A stretch of 64,000 bases of DNA from a virus (IMGVR_UViG_3300044840_000109:1-64000); one strand, 5' to 3'. Positions 17,403 to 26,151 are shown, numbered from the stretch's first letter. Made by a program: numbers and translations. Notes: generated by a model from the letters alone, not told the origin.

Positions 17403-17780
17403 ATGGCTGACCCCGAAATTCTGCCCTCCGAGGCGGAACTCCTGCACGTGACCCGGATGACGATGCTCGGTCTCCAGGGTGCGGTGACCGAGCTGGGAGA
17501 GATGTCAGAAGCGATGACCGTCGGGGAGGCGCTGTTCGTCCTGCGCCAAAAATTGGCTGGAGTCGAACGTGTATTCAACGACCTGCAGAAAAAGGCTCTC
17601 GTGAGTCCCCGACAGGACGCTTTCGATCGGCTCACGCGGAAGATCGAGGCCGACAGCTACGCCGCCTTCTGCGAGGAAGTGGCGAGGATCATCGCGGCCA
17701 ACGACGAGTTCGGCACGATGGACCTCCTGGAGGAACTGCAGCGCCGGCGCGACGCCGCGCGGGAGCTGGCGAACGCCTGA
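17403..17780 (+). CDS. hypothetical helical protein
   Basis: AAGGAG RBS. Confidence 0.75.
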   Translation: MADPEILPSEAELLHVTRMTMLGLQGAVTELGEMSEAMTVGEALFVLRQKLAGVERVFNDLQKKALVSPRQDAFDRLTRKIEADSYAAFCEEVARIIAANDEFGTMDLLEELQRRRDAARELANA

Positions 17781-17793
17781 TCCGCTCTACGCT

Positions 17794-17822
17794 GGCCCCC
17801 GTCCCTCGTGGCGGGGGCCTTT
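17794..17822 (+). terminator. intrinsic terminator
   Basis: GGCCCCCG...CGGGGGCC-TTT. Confidence 0.65.
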
Positions 17823-17891
17823 GCGCGTCTACACCCCTTCTGTCAGACGGTGGCCCTACGATCTGAGCCACCCCGAAAATTGGAGACCCGC

Positions 17892-18140
17892 ATGGATCGG
17901 CTGTACGTCTATGACGCCTACGTGAAACGCATGAGCGATGGTGAGATCAAGACCAAGGAGTTCGCCTCGGCGTCGGCTGCGTTCGACTTCCTCTGGCCGT
18001 CGCTCGAAAAAGTCTGGATCGGTCCCCCGGGGTCGGCCGGCGTGGAAGACGGTGCAGCGTGGCTCGCTCTCGCGGCCGGAGAAGCCATCATCACCGGTGA
18101 CGGCTACGAGTACCGGATTGAGAAGCGGGAGCCGCAGTGA
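17892..18140 (+). CDS. hypothetical protein
   Basis: TGGAG RBS; GTGA overlap with next gene. Confidence 0.7.
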   Translation: MDRLYVYDAYVKRMSDGEIKTKEFASASAAFDFLWPSLEKVWIGPPGSAGVEDGAAWLALAAGEAIITGDGYEYRIEKREPQ

Positions 18141-18523
18141 AGCGCTTTCTCATCCCCGCGGCGTTCGTCCTCGCGGCGCTGGCGGGGTGTAACTCGACCG
18201 GAGCGGGCGGTGGGGCGCCGGCCAACGTGCAGGATTGGGCGTACGGGACGTTGACGGTGACCGGGTGCGCGCAGGACAACGGCCTGTTGGTGATACCGGG
18301 GCCGGACGTAACGATCAAGAACACCAGCTCGAAGGTGGTCAACCTCGCGGTGAACCTGGGGATGGACCCGGGGACGCTCTGGGCGATGTCCGATGGGAAG
18401 GGGTATCCGGATGTGACGCTGCAGCCGGGTGAATCGGAGGACTATACGATCGGCGACGGCAGCGGCTTCACTCCCCCCGATGACCCGTGTGCGCTGCCGA
18501 TCCAGATCCTCACCGACTCGTAA
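18137..18523 (+). CDS. lipoprotein
   Basis: MKR + hydrophobic core + LAGC lipobox. Confidence 0.8.
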   Translation: MKRFLIPAAFVLAALAGCNSTGAGGGAPANVQDWAYGTLTVTGCAQDNGLLVIPGPDVTIKNTSSKVVNLAVNLGMDPGTLWAMSDGKGYPDVTLQPGESEDYTIGDGSGFTPPDDPCALPIQILTDS

Positions 18524-18569
18524 CGGAGTGCCTGCGCTCCTTCGGGCGGCAGCGGCAAATAATGGGCGT

Positions 18570-18809
18570 ATGCCCGATATGTTGCTTTCTGTCGCTGCTG
18601 CCGACTACCCCCAGGCGTTGGCGCGCTGGACCGAAACGGTCGCGCGCGTCTTCCCGACGGAGTACGAGATTCTCGACCTGACCGCCCTCGCCGACCTGAG
18701 CGTGGCCTTCAGATGGCTGTGGAGCGCGAGGTTGGGTGGTACCGCGGATGAAGTGGACCACGCGATCGGCGTCTACTCCCGCGCGGCCATCCTGAGCTTG
18801 ATCAACTAG
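18570..18809 (+). CDS. hypothetical protein
   Basis: coding-like frame ending where the convergent STAS gene ends. Confidence 0.55.
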   Translation: MPDMLLSVAAADYPQALARWTETVARVFPTEYEILDLTALADLSVAFRWLWSARLGGTADEVDHAIGVYSRAAILSLIN

Positions 18810-19180
18810 CGGCGGACGGGGAGCGCCTTCAGCATCATTTCCTTGCCGCTGAGGGCATCCTCGACGCTCGCGTAGAGCCGGAAGACCTTGTCCAGCCCGG
18901 TGACCTGAAAAATCTTGTAGATGCGCTCGGTTGGGATGACGAGCACCACGGAGCCTTCCAGCGTCCGCAGGCGCTTGAGTATGGCGACCATCGCCCCGAG
19001 CCCCGTGGCGTCCAGAAATTCGAGCTCGCTGAAGTCGAGCACCAGGTCACGGGCGCCGTCATCGATGATGGCGGAGATACTGCTGCGCCATATGGGCGCC
19101 ACGTACAGGTCGATTTCGCCCTCGGTGGCGATGAGTGTGCGCCCGGCGGGCAGGGGCTTCGAGGTTATTTGTGCGTCCAT
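18806..19180 (-). CDS. STAS-domain anti-sigma factor antagonist, BldG/RsbV-like, Ala at the phosphoacceptor Ser
   Basis: GEID.Y.AP..R; FLDATGLG (canonical FLDSTGLG); ERIYKIFQVTGL.KVF. Confidence 0.92.
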   Translation of the reverse strand: MDAQITSKPLPAGRTLIATEGEIDLYVAPIWRSSISAIIDDGARDLVLDFSELEFLDATGLGAMVAILKRLRTLEGSVVLVIPTERIYKIFQVTGLDKVFRLYASVEDALSGKEMMLKALPVRR

Positions 19181-19319
19181 ATGCGCAGCTTGCCAGAAGT
19201 GACCACGCGAACACGCACGGTGTCGAAGATCATTTTGTGGGGCGGCGTTTTGTTACCCCTTCGAGTCTTCCGTTGGTCACTCAGGGCCTACGGTGGGTCC
19301 ACGCAAAGAGAGGGATGTG

Positions 19320-19742
19320 ATGGGGCAAGAGAGAGATCCGGCGGTGGAGATCGCTACCGCTGTGCGCCTGGTGGGGGAGGTCACGCTGTTGGCCAAGGCG
19401 TTCGATGCCGACGTGCGTGGCACGGTGCGCGCGCTGGACGTCCTGCCGGCGAAGGAGCTGCTGCGGCTCACCGAGAAGTACGCGGAGATGCAGCAGTTGG
19501 AGCATCGCGCGCTGGAGGCCGCCAACAGCGTGGTGAAGGATTTCGGGCACCGGGCTGCCGCAGGTGGGCTGCTGGGGAAGTACGCGGTCTTGGAGGAGGC
19601 GTGCCTGCGGGCGCATCGGGCCTGGGGGCCGTATATGGCTCGGGCGGTCATAACTTCCGCCGGGGAGCACCCGCAGGCGTTCTCGGCGTTGGTACTGGAA
19701 ACGCGGAGCCCTGTCCCCGTGCAGGGGCCGGCGGCGGAGTAA
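19320..19742 (+). CDS. hypothetical helical protein
   Basis: GAGAGGG RBS; isolated + strand gene. Confidence 0.65.
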   Translation: MGQERDPAVEIATAVRLVGEVTLLAKAFDADVRGTVRALDVLPAKELLRLTEKYAEMQQLEHRALEAANSVVKDFGHRAAAGGLLGKYAVLEEACLRAHRAWGPYMARAVITSAGEHPQAFSALVLETRSPVPVQGPAAE

Positions 19743-19747
19743 CTCGG

Positions 19748-21229
19748 TCATTCCACGATTTCGGCGTCGAGGATCCCCATCTGATCCAGCGCCTCTTGGG
19801 CTGACACTGCTCCGGCGGGTGAGAGGGCCGGTACCCCCCCGGCCTTTTCTCCGAACAGTCGTGACATGAGTCCGATCTGCCCGTCGCCCTTCTGCTGCAC
19901 CTTCATGCTGAAGGTGAATCCGGCCTCTTCGATGTCGGACTTGATCTTGATGTAGCGCGTGAGGCGGTCCATTTCCTTGGAGAGGTTCTGGTCGGCGTAG
20001 CCGCCATCGGCCTCTTCCGCCAGGCGCATGAAGAACACCCGGGCGCCCTGCATGGCGATGAGCGAGTCGAGCAGCGAGAGGTACTGCTCCTTGGTCTTGA
20101 CCCGGATGGGGATTTCGTAGGCGCAGTTGGCCCCGGGCTGGAAGTCGGGGCATTTGTTGGCCAAAAAACATCCGGTGCACTGGCGGATGTTGAGGTCCAC
20201 CACGTTGATGCGGTGCTCTGTGCGGGATTTCCTCTCCCCGGAGTCCGGGTCCGTGTAGCGGTGGGTGAATGCCTCGGACTCGATTCCGGGGAGCAGTTTT
20301 GTCACCCGTTTGGCGGGGGGTTCAGTTACTACCTCGGCACTGTCCTGCGGGAGCGTCGCCGTAGGTACCCCCAGGGCGGTTTCCTCGGTTTCGCTGTGAG
20401 CCGAATCTGGCGTGGGAGTTACTGCGTCGCCGTGGCGCCGAGAGATGTAGTCGACCTGGTGCTGCCAGGACCACAGCGAGAGTTTGAGGACCTCGGTGGG
20501 GTTGTCCGCTTCGATGAGGTCGGCGTCGAGGCCGATGTCGGTGAATAGGACGCGGTGCCTCTTCCGCGACTGTTCCTTGTAGCGGGCGGGGTAGCGGCGC
20601 AGTTCCTTGCCCGTCCACACGAACGTCTCGCCGAAGGACATGCTGCTCAGCCAGGTGGTAGAGCTGACGGAGTCCCAGTCGGCGGCGAGCATGAGTGGGG
20701 GGCTGGAGAAGCCGAAACCGTGCAGTCGATTGCTTCGAGCAAGCGAACGTAGTACTGGCACGATGTCCCGGTCACCGCAGGTTCCCTGACCCACCGCAAT
20801 ACGGTTGTAGCGGTCCGCGAGACGTCGAAGCTCCTCCACTCCCCATTCCTCGTGCCAGACGACGATGGCTTTGTCGGGGTCGAGTCGTTCGCGTCGATTT
20901 TCGATCCACTCCTTGCCCATGGCGAGGGCGTCGAACTCGATATAGGCGTCGGCGCGCTGGAGGTTCTGTGCCACGAAATTGTCGTAGCTGGTGGCGATGT
21001 TGGCGATTTCCTCGGGAGTGACGGTGACGCCCTCGCGGTTGAGGGTGTGGCATCCGGAGTCGATGAGGACGCCCTGTTCTTCGCCGAATTTCTCGGTGAG
21101 GAGCCAGGGTTTGGTGAACTTGTTGCGGCGGCGCAGTCCCATGAAGGACAGGGAGACGTGCGGGATTTCCTGCTCGGCAAGCAGCTTCCTGTGCCCGTGG
21201 ACCTCCGCGCCGCCGTAGTAGAAGCGCAT
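19748..21229 (-). CDS. TGT/DpdA-like TIM-barrel protein with C-terminal Cys4 domain
   Basis: LIDSG, EFD, HGFG, DSVSSTTW..G motifs; CTGC...CP.F..G..C. Confidence 0.65.
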   Translation of the reverse strand: MRFYYGGAEVHGHRKLLAEQEIPHVSLSFMGLRRRNKFTKPWLLTEKFGEEQGVLIDSGCHTLNREGVTVTPEEIANIATSYDNFVAQNLQRADAYIEFDALAMGKEWIENRRERLDPDKAIVVWHEEWGVEELRRLADRYNRIAVGQGTCGDRDIVPVLRSLARSNRLHGFGFSSPPLMLAADWDSVSSTTWLSSMSFGETFVWTGKELRRYPARYKEQSRKRHRVLFTDIGLDADLIEADNPTEVLKLSLWSWQHQVDYISRRHGDAVTPTPDSAHSETEETALGVPTATLPQDSAEVVTEPPAKRVTKLLPGIESEAFTHRYTDPDSGERKSRTEHRINVVDLNIRQCTGCFLANKCPDFQPGANCAYEIPIRVKTKEQYLSLLDSLIAMQGARVFFMRLAEEADGGYADQNLSKEMDRLTRYIKIKSDIEEAGFTFSMKVQQKGDGQIGLMSRLFGEKAGGVPALSPAGAVSAQEALDQMGILDAEIVE

Positions 21230-21663
21230 TACTTGCCCTGGTGATCACGGAAGTCGAACCGGGTTAGTCCGTCGTGGTCGTGGATGGCGAGGGCGTCGTC
21301 CAGGGACTTCCAGTAGACGGTGCTGGCGTGTTCGCCCAGCCAGTGGACGGATACGGTGTCGTCGATCCACTGGACGCCGTCCGCGACGTGGTTGACGACG
21401 TCGCTGTCCTTGGCGCGGCGGGTGATGCGGAAGGTGTGGGTGTAGGCGTCGGTGTCGTCCGCGAAGTGCACCTTCGTGGCGCCCTGGTGGCCGTGGATGG
21501 TCTCGACGTCCTCGATGCTGTTGTAGAAGCTGCTGGACGCGGTGTAGGTGAGCCAGCGCATGGAGACGGTGCCGTCGTCCCAGATGACGCCAGCCGCGAC
21601 GGTGCCGGTGCCGGAGATGCCGGTGACGTCGGTGTCGCGGATGAGGTGGAAGGGGCGGGTCAT
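21226..21663 (-). CDS. protein with a tandemly duplicated small phage domain
   Basis: two copies of F...R...VA.GV.W.D.TVS..WL....S...S..D...IH.H.G.T. Confidence 0.75.
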
Positions 21664-21671
21664 GGGGGCTC

Positions 21672-22151
21672 CTAGTAGAGGTCGGTGAAGTCGGTCCGGG
21701 AATCGGCGGCGCGCAGGGCGCGCTGGTGGTCGATGGCGTCGGTCAGCTCGTCCCAGGGGCGCGGGGTGCCGATGTAGTCGGGGCGCCATTCGGGGAGGCT
21801 GTAGGCCGCGTGGGTGTGCAGGAGCGTGTGCCAGCCGGCGGCGAGTTCTGCGGCGGCGCAGGCGGGGTCCGGTTCGATGACCAGGGAGATGCGCCAGGTG
21901 CGGACCTGCTGCAGGGCGTCGATGCGTGCGGCCGGCGTTCCGCCGAGGGGGGTGTAGAGGTACCCGAGGTGACCGGTGAGGTTGCGCTGGCGCAGCCAGG
22001 TCGCGGACTCTTCCTCGGTCCAGATGGCGGACATGAGGTAGAGGCGGGAGTTCCTCGCGAGGGCCTGGTAGAGGGCCCATCCGGTTTCGAACTGACCTTC
22101 GGTGCCGGGGGCGCGGAGGACGCCTTCGATCACCATGACGATTGTGAGCAC
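21672..22151 (-). CDS. degenerate HAD-fold protein
   Basis: VMVIEGVL in place of DxDGVL; LVIEPDP in place of the DD motif. Confidence 0.55.
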   Translation of the reverse strand: MLTIVMVIEGVLRAPGTEGQFETGWALYQALARNSRLYLMSAIWTEEESATWLRQRNLTGHLGYLYTPLGGTPAARIDALQQVRTWRISLVIEPDPACAAAELAAGWHTLLHTHAAYSLPEWRPDYIGTPRPWDELTDAIDHQRALRAADSRTDFTDLY

Positions 22152-22376
22152 GAATAGTCTCCAAGCACCGCGAACAGTGCCAAGAGGCTACGAATCACCC
22201 TTTTCTGGGAGGTAATGACTCCGACTTGAACGCGCCGTGATCACTCCGCTACTGTCTGGGACGCGGGTCGGAAGACGGACTCGGGCGGAGGCCACGTTTC
22301 CCCAACTGGCGGTTCATCCTTCCCGAGTCACCGCACGTGAGACCCCCTGAGGGATGCCAGTCAGGGGGTCTCCAAA

Positions 22377-22415
22377 ACGAAGGCCCTCGGCGAGCAGGAC
22401 GTCGGGGGCCTTCGT
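22377..22415 (-). terminator. intrinsic terminator
   Basis: minus strand ACGAAGGCCCCCGACG...CGCCGAGGGCCTTCGT-TTT. Confidence 0.75.
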
Positions 22416-22419
22416 GTTG

Positions 22420-22689
22420 CTACGGGACGAGGAGCTTGCGCTTGAGCTGCTCGTCGGCTGCGGCGCGCTGCATGCCCTGTGCCATCTGCAGCTGGTGCTG
22501 CACGGTGAGGGACGCGGTGATGTTGGCGCCGATTTCGAAGGCGACGTGCTCGGCGCCGCCGCGCATCTCCGCGAGGGAGGCGGTGTGCTCGGCGTCGAAA
22601 TCGGCGTCGGTGTCGGTGAGTGCCTCCCACTTCCCGTCCTGGTGCTGGACGATCAGAAAAGCGGTGCGGTACTGCTGGTAGTCACTCAC
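22420..22689 (-). CDS. hypothetical protein
   Basis: GTGA overlap; GAAGG RBS. Confidence 0.75.
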   Translation of the reverse strand: MSDYQQYRTAFLIVQHQDGKWEALTDTDADFDAEHTASLAEMRGGAEHVAFEIGANITASLTVQHQLQMAQGMQRAAADEQLKRKLLVP

Positions 22690-22910
22690 TTGACCTTCCC
22701 GATGTCGTTGAGTTCCGAAGCGATCAGGCGCGCGGAGGCGCAGTCGTTGATGGCCTGTTCGACCTTCCGGATCAGTTCGTCGGGGCTTCCGTCGGTGTCC
22801 AGGAGGTAGGCGAACGCGTCTTCCAGGGTGTTGGTGACGGGGGCCAAGAACCAGCGCGCGGAGCGCACCGGGAAGGCGCCCTGGTCGATGTGGTAGGTCT
22901 GGGTGCTCAC
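22686..22910 (-). CDS. hypothetical protein
   Basis: GTGA overlaps on both ends. Confidence 0.7.
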   Translation of the reverse strand: MSTQTYHIDQGAFPVRSARWFLAPVTNTLEDAFAYLLDTDGSPDELIRKVEQAINDCASARLIASELNDIGKVK

Positions 22911-23128
22911 TTTTCCGTGTCCTTCTTGGCGAAGAACTCCTGCAGCTTGGTGAGGGCCTCGCGCGCCTCCTTGATGGCGTCGGCGCTGCCGACGGTGAGG
23001 GCGTGCTGGACGCGGCCGAGCAGACCGTGCGCCTGGACCTGCTCCGCGGCGTCGGGGGTGATGTGCGTGGGGGTCTCAGCAGGGGCGTCCTGGGCGGTGG
23101 TGGTCTCGGGCGTGGTGTTGTCGGTCAT
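22907..23128 (-). CDS. hypothetical protein
   Basis: GAGGAG RBS; ATGA overlap. Confidence 0.7.
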   Translation of the reverse strand: MTDNTTPETTTAQDAPAETPTHITPDAAEQVQAHGLLGRVQHALTVGSADAIKEAREALTKLQEFFAKKDTEK

Positions 23129-23628
23129 GCTGTCTCCTCGTATTCCTTCTCGAACTCGGCTTCGGCGCGTGCCTGGGCGCGGCGCTCTTTGTCGCGGGTG
23201 CGTATGCAGGCGATGCATTCGCGCGAGTTATGGTGCCACCGGGTGTTTTCCTCGGTGTATTCGTGCCCGTGGGGGCAGTGTGTCTTGCGCGCGTTTTTCG
23301 CGGCGAATGATTCGCCTCGCATCAGGTTCTCCGAGTGGGGGACAGCTTCCAGGTGTTCGGGGCGGCAGCAGTTGTGGATGCGGCAGAGGTGGTCGATGTG
23401 CCACCCCTCTGGTGCCTTCGTCTCACTGGCCATTTCCCAGGAGATAATGTGGGTGCCCTTGACCGACCCGTCGGGGAGCCTGAATTTCCCGTACCCGTCC
23501 TCGTCCAGGGCGCCGCGCCAGAGCCAGCAGTCATCGAAGTCCTCGCCCTTGTCGACCTTGTCGAAGAATCGGCGCTGCCAGTCCCACGTTTCCAGGCGCC
23601 GCGGGGCCCTGGGCTTGGGGGTGTCCAT
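23125..23628 (-). CDS. HNH endonuclease (HNH_3 type)
   Basis: CWLW.GA.D.DGYG; DHLCR..NCC.PEHL..V...EN; KTHCPHGHEYT.ENT. Confidence 0.9.
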   Translation of the reverse strand: MDTPKPRAPRRLETWDWQRRFFDKVDKGEDFDDCWLWRGALDEDGYGKFRLPDGSVKGTHIISWEMASETKAPEGWHIDHLCRIHNCCRPEHLEAVPHSENLMRGESFAAKNARKTHCPHGHEYTEENTRWHHNSRECIACIRTRDKERRAQARAEAEFEKEYEETA

Positions 23629-24134
23629 CAGTCGTAGAGGCCCTGCTTGGCGCGCATCTCCTGCTCGGCGACGCTGCGCATGGGGCAGTAGTCACACAGG
23701 AATCGTTGGGCGGCGGGGTTGGACTTGTCGTATTTCTTCATCCCCGCTTCCCTGCGCTCGGACTGGGTGGGGGGCGTGAGGATCTTCTTGTCCGAGTGGA
23801 AGTCGGCGCAGCGCTCGGGGCGTCCCCGTCCGCGCCAGCACTTCATGGCGTCGGCGCGCAGGGTGTCGACCGCCTGGTAGACCCAGGGTTCGAGCCCGGT
23901 GTGGCCCATGTCCTGCCACATTTTCTGCAGGATCTTTTCCTTGGCCTCGGGGTGGGACCACACGCCCTCGTCCACGATGAACAGTTTTCCCTTGAGGTGG
24001 CGCGACCTGTCGGGGTACTCGTGCTTCTGCAGGGCGTATTCGAGTTCCACGTCGTCGTCGGGGCGGCCCTGGAAATCGGGGAGGGTCTCCGTGCTCTGGC
24101 AGTCCTTGCAGATGAGGATGCGGATGTTAGGCAT
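23628..24134 (-). CDS. Cys-rich hypothetical protein
   Basis: CKDC...H; C..R.RP..C; CDYCP. Confidence 0.75.
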   Translation of the reverse strand: MPNIRILICKDCQSTETLPDFQGRPDDDVELEYALQKHEYPDRSRHLKGKLFIVDEGVWSHPEAKEKILQKMWQDMGHTGLEPWVYQAVDTLRADAMKCWRGRGRPERCADFHSDKKILTPPTQSERREAGMKKYDKSNPAAQRFLCDYCPMRSVAEQEMRAKQGLYD

Positions 24135-24149
24135 CGTGTTCTGTGTCTC

Positions 24150-24761
24150 CTAATACCATTGGTGGGTCTGCCAGAATTCCCAGGCGCCGCAGGGTGATCC
24201 ATACCGAGCATCCATGTAGGAAATTCCCCATGCGACTTGCGTTGCGCCATTCGTGCGCCAGTCCGCGCCGGCGGAGGACATCTTGGAGCCCGGCAATGCC
24301 TGGGGAATTCCGTAGGCGCCGGACGGATTCTCCGCGGAGGTGGACCATCCGGATTCGCGGGTGAATATCGCGTCGATGCAGGCGTATTGCGTGGGTCCGA
24401 GGCGCTCCAGGGCGTAGGCGCGGGCGCTACTGCCTCCGATGTAGGTGGAGGCGGCGTGGTAGGTGTGGTGGTGGGCGGGCGCCCTGGTGGGTGCGGCGCG
24501 GGGCATGGCGCGGGTGGTGGGGCGCCTGGTGGGTGCCGGGGCCGGTGCAGGGTGGGTCACTGCGGGCTTCGGCGCGGCGGCGTGGGGCACCAGGTGCAGC
24601 TCGACGGCGGGCGCTGGGTGGGCGAGGGCCGGAGCTGGTGGGGCGGCGTAGGCGATGGGCGCACTGCCCGGCTGCGGGAGGAGCAGGACCCCCCCTAGGA
24701 GGGTGGCGGCGCCGAGTGCGTAGAGGATGGCGTTGGTTTTGTGGGCGGTGCGCGAAGGCAT
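24150..24761 (-). CDS. secreted lytic transglycosylase (SLT-like)
   Basis: signal/TM, Pro-Ala linker, RESGW...A.NPSGAYGIPQALPGSKM; YM..RYGSPCGAW. Confidence 0.88.
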   Translation of the reverse strand: MPSRTAHKTNAILYALGAATLLGGVLLLPQPGSAPIAYAAPPAPALAHPAPAVELHLVPHAAAPKPAVTHPAPAPAPTRRPTTRAMPRAAPTRAPAHHHTYHAASTYIGGSSARAYALERLGPTQYACIDAIFTRESGWSTSAENPSGAYGIPQALPGSKMSSAGADWRTNGATQVAWGISYMDARYGSPCGAWEFWQTHQWY

Positions 24762-24869
24762 GGCGGTCCGTTCAACGGGGACGGGACTGCCGGGCTCTCC
24801 CTCGGGTGTTCCTCAGGCGTCCACGACCCTGTTGCATGCCATTTACTGCGCGATAAAACCGTTGATCGT

Positions 24870-25262
24870 TTAGACCTGCTGGACGGGTGCCGGCGCGGGC
24901 GCTGGTGCGGGAGCCGGGGCGCCGGAGGCCAGGGTGGTGGGGCCCACGACGGCGATCACCTGCGTGCGGACGAACATGGCGACCAGGGCGGCGATGAGAG
25001 ACATGATCAGAGCCTGCTGAGTGACGGACCACTGCAGTCCCAGGCCCACGGCCAGGGCGATGGTGGCCTGCGCGAAGCCCAGGATGGCCGCGCCGATGCC
25101 GTCGTGGACGGAGAAGGCGACGACGACGCCCAGCACGGCGGCGGCGGCGGCGTTGATCAGAGACTGCTGGTCGATGCTGACGTGGATGACGAACGCGCAG
25201 ACGACCTTGATGATGATGGCGATGAGTGCGTACCAGAGGGCTGGTTCCCTGCGGAGGATCAT
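24870..25262 (-). CDS. holin
   Basis: RREP followed by several hydrophobic helices; directly downstream of endolysin. Confidence 0.8.
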   Translation of the reverse strand: MILRREPALWYALIAIIIKVVCAFVIHVSIDQQSLINAAAAAVLGVVVAFSVHDGIGAAILGFAQATIALAVGLGLQWSVTQQALIMSLIAALVAMFVRTQVIAVVGPTTLASGAPAPAPAPAPAPVQQV

Positions 25263-25278
25263 GAGTTCGGTTCCGTTT

Positions 25279-26151
25279 CTACTTGGTGCCGTCGAGCGCG
25301 TGGCCGACCTGGGTGAGAGCGGCGGTGGCGCCGGCCTGGGCGGCGGACTGGATCTGGGCGGCGGTGAGACCTCCGGCGGCGCCCACGGTCTTGGCCAGGG
25401 CGGTGACGGTGGCCGTCAGGGCGCCGATCTGGGCGGTGAGGGCCTGGGTCTGTCCGAGCTGTACGAAGTCGCTGTAGCGGAGCACCGCGCCCATCCGGAC
25501 CTGTGTGTCGGTGGCGGCGTTGAGTTCGGTGTGGTCCCACACGGCGGCGGCGATGGCGGCGATGTCTGCGGGTGTCACGATGTCCTCCGGTCGGGGGTAC
25601 TGGCCGTAGTCGGCCATGACGGCGTTGTCGACGTCGGCGACGCCGTGCAGGGTGGTGACTCCGGTCTGGCGCAAGGTGGCGTGGGTGGACCACAGCCCCT
25701 TGGACCAGGCGGAGGTCTGCCAGAGGTAGCGCAGGCCGTGGGCGTAGGCGCCTTCGATGATCTGGTAGCCGCCGTAGACGCCGGTGCGTGCGAGGCCGAT
25801 GACGGAGGCGGCGCCGTCGAAGTAGGCCTGGACGCTGGCCCACGACACGTCGGAGTCCACGGCGAAGTGGTGGATGTGCGTGGCCGGGAGCCCGACGGCG
25901 GCGCGCTTGGCTTCGGCCGACTTGGCATCGGCGACGCCGGCAGCCCGACCCTGGGTGGCGCGTCCTGTGGTGGTCTCCTGAACGGTGACGATGGACAGGC
26001 CGGCAGCCGGATAGGCGATTACCTCGTCGGCGTGCAGGTCCTTGCTGTCATCGCTGCTGAAGTACCGCGCGACAAAGTGGGCGCCCACCCCCACGATTTC
26101 TGCGGGGGTGGGGCGCTCCCAGGCGATATCCACGCCCATGACGTTGACCAT
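25279..26151 (-). CDS. endolysin, DUF1906/Rv2525c-like glycoside hydrolase
   Basis: GVD; FVARY; FAVD.D; GVYG; WQT.AWS.G. Confidence 0.85.
   Translation of the reverse strand: MVNVMGVDIAWERPTPAEIVGVGAHFVARYFSSDDSKDLHADEVIAYPAAGLSIVTVQETTTGRATQGRAAGVADAKSAEAKRAAVGLPATHIHHFAVDSDVSWASVQAYFDGAASVIGLARTGVYGGYQIIEGAYAHGLRYLWQTSAWSKGLWSTHATLRQTGVTTLHGVADVDNAVMADYGQYPRPEDIVTPADIAAIAAAVWDHTELNAATDTQVRMGAVLRYSDFVQLGQTQALTAQIGALTATVTALAKTVGAAGGLTAAQIQSAAQAGATAALTQVGHALDGTK

Noticed and set aside
24762-24869. c-di-AMP (ydaO) riboswitch upstream of the transglycosylase
   Set aside because: Expected conserved segments are not present and the leader is short.
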